This document shows, in pieces, positions 34,362 to 38,830 of a stretch of 38,830 nucleotides of DNA (the first letter of the stretch is position 1; every line of letters begins with the position of its first letter). Position numbers and translations under genes: made by a program. This DNA is from Clostridia bacterium. Lineage in GTDB: Bacteria; Bacillota; Clostridia; Oscillospirales; CAG-272. The notes under the pieces were generated by a model that was not told the DNA's origin, did no database searches, and was given only the letters and a program-made list of their open reading frames with translations. The stretch covers positions 1 to 38,830 of the forward strand of contig JAKSPQ010000002.1 of NCBI GenBank assembly GCA_024404665.1, written 5' to 3'.

Positions 34362-34391
34362 GATTTTTCTCTGTTTCCGGTCGGGGGTGAC

Positions 34392-36596
34392 TCAATAGTC
34401 GGCCTCGGCCATGTATTTTTGGGCGTTTTCCGCTATGAATACCTTTCTTGCGGGAAGGTTGTTTCCGAGAAGGATATCGAATATCTCCTCGGTTGCGGCA
34501 GCATCGGTGGGGGTTACGGCGATAAGTCTTCTGGTTGCCGGATTCATGGTGGTCTGCCACATCATATCGGGCTCGTTTTCGCCGAGACCCTTCGAACGCT
34601 GAAGCGTGTATTTTTTGTCTCCGAGAGTCTTTATGATCTCGGCTTTTTCGGCTTCGTTATATGCGAAATAGGTCTCGTCTTTGCAGGTGATTTCAAACAG
34701 CGGGGACTCCGCTATAAATACTCTTCTTTCGCGGAGCAGCGTCGGCAACAGTCTGTAAAAGAGTGTCAGAAGAAGGGTGCGAATCTGAAAACCGTCCTCG
34801 TCGGCATCGGTGCAGATGATGATTTTCGCCCAGCGGAGAGCGGAAAGGTCAAATGTGGCAATGTCGTTGTTCTTTACCTTAACCTTCTTGTCAAGCTCTA
34901 CGCCGCAGCCGATTACTCTCAGAAGGTCAACGATGATATCGTTGTCGAAAATCTGCTTGTAATCGCTCTTCATGCAGTTCAGCGTTTTTCCTCTGACGGG
35001 GATTATGGCCTGGAATTCCGCGGCTCTGCCGAGCTTGCAGGATGTCAGGGCTGAATCTCCCTCCACTATGTAAAGCTCGCGCAATTCGGGATCCTTGGAT
35101 CTGCAGTTTACGAATTTCTCCACTCTGTTTGAAACATCGAGGGAGCCCGTAAGTTTTTTCTTTATGTCGATCCTGGTTTTTTCCGCATTTTCGCGGCTGC
35201 GCTTGTTTATAAGCAGCTGAGCTGCGATTTTATCCGCATCCGAGGGATGCTCGATGAAGTAAATGTCGAGTTGCTTTTTGAGATAATCCGTCAGCGACGA
35301 CTGAATGAATTCGTTGTTTATCGCCTTTTTGGTCTGGTTTTCGTAAGAGGCGACGGTGGAGTGGCTGGATATGACGATGACGAGCGAATCCGCAATATCG
35401 CCGAAGGTGATTTTCTGCTCGGTCTTGTTGTACTTTCCGCCGTTGCGGAGCATTCTGTCGAGCGATGAGAGAAACGCCGCCCGTACGGCTCTGTCGGGTG
35501 AGCCGCCGTGCTCGAGCCAGGAGGAGTTGTGGTAATACTCCTGGATTCCGGCAATCTGAGTGAAGCAGAAGGAAATGTCCGCCTCACGGTCGTAATCGGC
35601 CTTGGCCTCGCGGTCGTGTCCGCGGTCGGTCATGGAGAGAACCACGGGCTCTGTCAGGGATTCGCCTCCGGTGAGCTCCGATAAGTATCCGCCGAGACCC
35701 GTCTCCTTCGGATAATAGTATTCCGTCTCTTCAAAGCTTCCGTCCGGCTGCTCGAGCTTCAGGATGAATTTTACGCCGAAATTCACGGCTGCCTGACGGT
35801 GCATGACGTCTTTGAAATAATCGTGGGGAATGTTTATATCAGTGAAAACCTCAAGGTCCGGGAGCCATGAAATAACGGTTCCGGTGCGCTTTTCGGCTTT
35901 TGTTAGCTCTCGTGTTTCGAGCTCGGTTACGGGAAAGCCCTTTTCGAATCTGATATAGGTATCGTGAGCTCCGTCAAAGGAATCCACGTTCATGTATGTT
36001 GACGCATACTGCGTCGCGCAGGCGCCGACTCCGTTTGTGCCCAGCGAGCACTTGTACGCAGCGCCGCCGGCGGTATTGTCCATTTTGCCTCCGGCGAACA
36101 TTTCGCAGAAGACGAGCTCCCAGTTCCAGCGGCCCTCCTTCTGGTTGAAGCCGAGTGGAACACCGCGGCCGAAGTCCTCGACCTGCATCGAGTGATCCGA
36201 ATAAACCGTTGCGACGATCTCGCTGCCGTAGCCGGCGTTTGCCTCGTCGATGGCGTTTGCAAGAATTTCAAAAAAGCCCTGCTTGCAGCCCTCGAGGCCG
36301 TCTGAGCCGAAGATGATCGAGGGGCGTTTACGTACTCTGTCGGGGCCCTGGAGCATGGTTATGCTCTGGTCGTCGTATCCTCCGGGCCTTGACGTTTCAG
36401 ACGTCTTTGAAGCCTGTGCCTTTGCGGAGGACTTTTTCTCTTTTCCGTTTCTGTCAGCGGTTTCTTTATCAGCTTTGTTTTTTTCACTGCCGGAGGCTTT
36501 TCCGGCCCGGGATTTCACGGGAGCCTCATCTGTGACAATTGTTGTTGCGGTCTTTTCCGCAGGAGCTTTATTTTTTTTATCGGGTGTTTTTGCCAT
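34392..36596 (-). CDS. Type IIA DNA topoisomerase B subunit (GyrB/ParE-like, divergent) with a Lys-rich N-terminal tail.
   Basis: GHKL block EILANAIDEA, ATP-lid GTNGVGA, QTK loop YENQTKK, Toprim LYIVEGDSA, PVRGKTLN, IIICTDADEDGFQIRTLLLTLFYR and QRSKGLGE. I chose the ATG at 36596 (AAAGGAAAGG RBS) over the longer ORF to 36773. Confidence 0.85.
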   Translation of the reverse strand: MAKTPDKKNKAPAEKTATTIVTDEAPVKSRAGKASGSEKNKADKETADRNGKEKKSSAKAQASKTSETSRPGGYDDQSITMLQGPDRVRKRPSIIFGSDGLEGCKQGFFEILANAIDEANAGYGSEIVATVYSDHSMQVEDFGRGVPLGFNQKEGRWNWELVFCEMFAGGKMDNTAGGAAYKCSLGTNGVGACATQYASTYMNVDSFDGAHDTYIRFEKGFPVTELETRELTKAEKRTGTVISWLPDLEVFTDINIPHDYFKDVMHRQAAVNFGVKFILKLEQPDGSFEETEYYYPKETGLGGYLSELTGGESLTEPVVLSMTDRGHDREAKADYDREADISFCFTQIAGIQEYYHNSSWLEHGGSPDRAVRAAFLSSLDRMLRNGGKYNKTEQKITFGDIADSLVIVISSHSTVASYENQTKKAINNEFIQSSLTDYLKKQLDIYFIEHPSDADKIAAQLLINKRSRENAEKTRIDIKKKLTGSLDVSNRVEKFVNCRSKDPELRELYIVEGDSALTSCKLGRAAEFQAIIPVRGKTLNCMKSDYKQIFDNDIIVDLLRVIGCGVELDKKVKVKNNDIATFDLSALRWAKIIICTDADEDGFQIRTLLLTLFYRLLPTLLRERRVFIAESPLFEITCKDETYFAYNEAEKAEIIKTLGDKKYTLQRSKGLGENEPDMMWQTTMNPATRRLIAVTPTDAAATEEIFDILLGNNLPARKVFIAENAQKYMAEADY

Positions 36597-36787
36597 TTGT
36601 CTGCCTTTCCTTTGTATGAATGAACGTCCTCCCTGAAATGAGGACAGCGCGCGGAGCAGGGAAGAGGCTTCGCGCTGATATGATAAGCTTCGGGAAGATA
36701 ATTGTGTTCCGTTCTGCAAAGCGGGCTTGCAGCCGATAAACACCTTGCCGGACTCGGTTTGGACCGTCGGCACAAAATGCCTCTTAT

Positions 36788-36816
36788 ATTATACACCTCC
36801 AAATGATAAAAAGCAA
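36788..36816 (-). promoter_or_regulatory. Sigma-A-type promoter for the topoisomerase-ddl unit.
   Basis: The minus strand reads TTGCTT, a 17-nt spacer, then TATAAT. This implies a 5' leader of about 185 nt. Confidence 0.5.
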
Positions 36817-36899
36817 CCCTTTTTTGAAAAATATATGATATAATCGACGCAAAAAACACTTTATACTCATCTAACTGAAATCGGCTTCTTGACAAAAGA

Positions 36900-36915
36900 T
36901 TAGATGTACATCTAA
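36900..36915. promoter_or_regulatory. Perfect 16-bp palindrome, a candidate operator.
   Basis: TTAGATGTACATCTAA lies 5 nt downstream of a TTGACA hexamer (36889-36894). An extra half-site, CATCTAA, is at 36868-36874. Confidence 0.45.
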
Positions 36916-37049
36916 TTCAGGCGTTTTCGGGTCTTTCTGACGTTGCATTGGGTATGCGACAGAAAAATGAGCTTAAACCGGAGCGCCTTGATTTTTTCGG
37001 CGGAATTCATGACGAAAGAACGCTCGTAACCCGCTTCCGATTCTTTTTG

Positions 37050-37078
37050 TTGACATCGCTTTTCCCTTATGATATAAT
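37050..37078 (+). promoter_or_regulatory. Consensus sigma-A promoter for the PHP gene.
   Basis: TTGACA, tcgcttttcccttatga (17 nt), TATAAT, including an extended -10 element (TGaTATAAT). Confidence 0.7.
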
Positions 37079-37267
37079 GTGGGCGCAAGGTTGACCGGCT
37101 CCCGCCCCGGACGTACAGACCGAAGACTCGTTCATCGGCAGGGCTTGGACAGCCTTTTTCTATAGTATGATTTATTGGCTGCCTGTTGGGTTTTCAGCCA
37201 AAAGAACGAAAGGAGTGCCGGAAAAGGCATTCGGCCGGAGCCTGCCGATTTTCCGGTGACTGATAAA

Positions 37268-38209
37268 ATGAACATTAAGCTTTTCGCTAATATGCATAAT
37301 CATTCGACTCATTCCGACGGTGTATACACTCCCCGAGAGCTCGTGGAAATTGCAAAAAAAGAAGGCTTCGGTGCCATGGCTGTTACCGACCACGATACCG
37401 TTACCGGCAACGCACCTCTGGCCGAGGCTTGCGCTGAGGCCGGTCTTGACTGTCTCTTCGGCGCCGAGTTCACGTCTCCCTCCGACTTTTCGAAGAATTT
37501 CTACCATATTTGCGGCTATTCCTTTGATCCGACTTATCCCGAGATGGCGGAATATCTCCGCAGAATGAGCTTCAACGAAACCAACCAGACAAAAAAGCTG
37601 TTTGACAGAGGTCTGGAGATAGGATATCTTCACGACATCACATGGCAGGACGTGCTTGACGACAATCCCGGCGTATCGTGGATATGCAACGAGCCCGTGT
37701 TCAGGTCGCTGAAAAAAAGAGGCCTCGCGAAGGATACCGACTACCCGGAATTCTTCGCGAAGGTTTACGGACCATACAGGGCCACGGTCCCGAACGTATA
37801 TCCCTTTCTCCCCGCGGATGAGCTTATAGATCTCGTGAGACGCGCCGGAGGCTTCATGGTGCTTGCTCACCCTCACGGACAGCTTTGTGATCTTAAGAAG
37901 CTGTGTGAGAGGGGCCTGCGCGGAGTTGAGGTCTGGCACTCCATGCTTACGGCAGACGAGCGCAGAGAGGCTCTCACGGCCGCCGGAGTGCTCGGGCTGT
38001 ATGTAAGCGGAGGTGAGGATCACGAGGGCCTCTGCGGCGGTCAGTACAGCCGCTACGGGAACCCGAAGGAATCGCCGTTCTACTTTGATCCCATGACGCT
38101 CGGAACAACCGAGTATTTCTTCCGGGAGATGCAGTCGGGCAAGACGGTAAAAAAAGACGATGCCGAAAGACGCGGCATTTTCGGAGAGCTGCTCTCTCTG
38201 GACGTGTGA
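37268..38209 (+). CDS. PHP-domain metal-dependent phosphoesterase.
   Basis: MNIKLFANMHNHSTHSDG (HxH motif), AVTDHDT, and ...LAHPHG. I chose the ATG at 37268 over the TTG at 37175. Confidence 0.8.
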   Translation: MNIKLFANMHNHSTHSDGVYTPRELVEIAKKEGFGAMAVTDHDTVTGNAPLAEACAEAGLDCLFGAEFTSPSDFSKNFYHICGYSFDPTYPEMAEYLRRMSFNETNQTKKLFDRGLEIGYLHDITWQDVLDDNPGVSWICNEPVFRSLKKRGLAKDTDYPEFFAKVYGPYRATVPNVYPFLPADELIDLVRRAGGFMVLAHPHGQLCDLKKLCERGLRGVEVWHSMLTADERREALTAAGVLGLYVSGGEDHEGLCGGQYSRYGNPKESPFYFDPMTLGTTEYFFREMQSGKTVKKDDAERRGIFGELLSLDV

Positions 38210-38456
38210 AGGCGGGGACGTTTGACTGACGGAATTTCACAACGCGGTGCGAGGTCTTAAGCGGACGAAGACCGGCTGCTCTCGTTCCGCCGTTCGGTCA
38301 GCGCCCGGAGAAAGAACAAATAAAAAATACCGGCACCTGAAATTGCTCTCAAGTACCGGCATTTTCTTATGGGACTTTTTTAACAGCCCCTTTTGTTTTG
38401 GGGCCTATTTTACGGGCCCTGCTTTTCTATTGACCGTCGGCTGTCGGAAAACCGAA

Positions 38457-38830
38457 TCAGCCGTGCTTTCGTATCAACTGATCGGCGTATCTCAGGGTCT
38501 GCTTCAGCGCGTTTTCCTTTTCGGTGCCCGCGAGTCTCAGCTTGTGGGCATATGCGAGAGCCTCTCCCATTACGGGACCGGGCTTTAACCCCGCCTTCAC
38601 AAGATCTCCTCCCGTTACGTAAGGCCTCGACATAAGCTCCTTAAATATTCCGAGACGCTCGAAAAGATATGCTTCGGATTCGTAATATGGTCTGTCGTGC
38701 GTCATTCCGAAGCTGTCGGCAAGCGCCAGGAGAATCAGGTCGTTCGGCTCCTCCGAGCGGTCATACATGCGGTTTGTGGCTTTGACCGATGAGTTCTGCC
38801 ATGCCAGTGTATTTGGCATCATGTGAAGCT
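38457..38830 (-). CDS. 3' part of a CCA-adding enzyme or poly(A) polymerase-family (HD-domain) gene. The 5' end lies outside the window.
   Basis: The C-terminal block YVTGGDLVKAGLKPGPVMGEALAYAHKLRLAG..KENALKQ resembles the C-terminus of Firmicute CCA tRNA nucleotidyltransferases. The ORF is open to the window edge. Confidence 0.5.
   Translation of the reverse strand, partial: LHMMPNTLAWQNSSVKATNRMYDRSEEPNDLILLALADSFGMTHDRPYYESEAYLFERLGIFKELMSRPYVTGGDLVKAGLKPGPVMGEALAYAHKLRLAGTEKENALKQTLRYADQLIRKHG

Noticed and set aside
36597-36773. N-terminal extension of the topoisomerase ORF (793-aa version).
   Set aside because: The internal ATG at 36596 has a good AAAGGAAAGG RBS. The extra 59 residues look non-coding, and a promoter-like element sits at 36788-36816.
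36912-37010. A 32-codon minus-strand ORF (MNSAEKIKALRFKLIFLSHTQ...) whose N-terminus resembles the start of XRE-type HTH proteins.
   Set aside because: It has no RBS. It is too short to contain an HTH, and no continuation appears in other frames. At most it is a decayed remnant.
37100-37130. A CCGGACG...ACAGACCGAAGAC stretch reminiscent of the guanidine-III (ykkC-III) riboswitch.
   Set aside because: Only the CCGGACG heptamer resembles the motif as I remember it. I could not draw the pseudoknot partner segments, and the downstream gene (PHP phosphoesterase) is not a guanidine-related gene.

Overview
This 38.8-kb window looks like chromosomal DNA from a moderately GC-rich Firmicute, probably a Clostridia-class anaerobe. 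The evidence is holB-ricT-yabB-type synteny, AGGAG-type ribosome-binding sites (RBS), TTGACA/TATAAT promoters and a clostridial 2x[4Fe-4S] ferredoxin. I call about 36 protein genes. I saw no rRNA, tRNA, CRISPR array, transposase, integrase or recognisable defence gene.

Layout:
- 1-8600 (minus strand): a frame-broken ABC exporter subunit, a DUF4129-tailed membrane protein, a secreted beta-propeller-like protein, a DUF1854 protein paired with an ABC exporter that carries an N-terminal zinc-ribbon domain, and a zinc-ribbon membrane protein.
- 8965-20560 (minus strand): 11 tightly packed co-directional genes that all relate to acyl-chain handling. They are two acyl-AMP ligases (one fused to a carrier domain, one followed by a stand-alone ACP), two PlsC-type acyltransferases, an LRAT/PLAAT-like thiol enzyme, two membrane-anchored alpha/beta hydrolases, a DegV/FakB protein, a GPH-type MFS permease and FakA.
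- 20819-27659: asnA, an overlapping four-gene operon (methyltransferase, HAD, TtcA-like, DtxR-like), the ferredoxin, ricT and holB.
- 27939-33255 (plus strand): a GldA/F/G-like ABC-2 operon ending in a DUF4340 gene, followed by a small hypothetical gene.
- 33324-38830: ddl, a divergent type IIA topoisomerase B subunit, a PHP phosphoesterase and a partial CCA-enzyme-like gene.

The best candidate for an undescribed system is the lipid cluster at 8965-20560. It reads like a split and duplicated Aas/LplT-type (lyso)lipid re-acylation machine joined to the Fak fatty-acid kinase.

Other points worth a second look:
- an in-frame TAG splitting the DUF4340 gene;
- a 17-18-bp dyad-containing tandem repeat family found in two intergenic regions;
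- twin TTTCGCGAAA palindromes on the ferredoxin promoter;
- a GC-motif C-terminal sorting-like signal;
- a 671-bp intergenic region with three promoter-like elements and a perfect 16-bp palindrome.

All family assignments come from motif recognition by eye. No searches were run.
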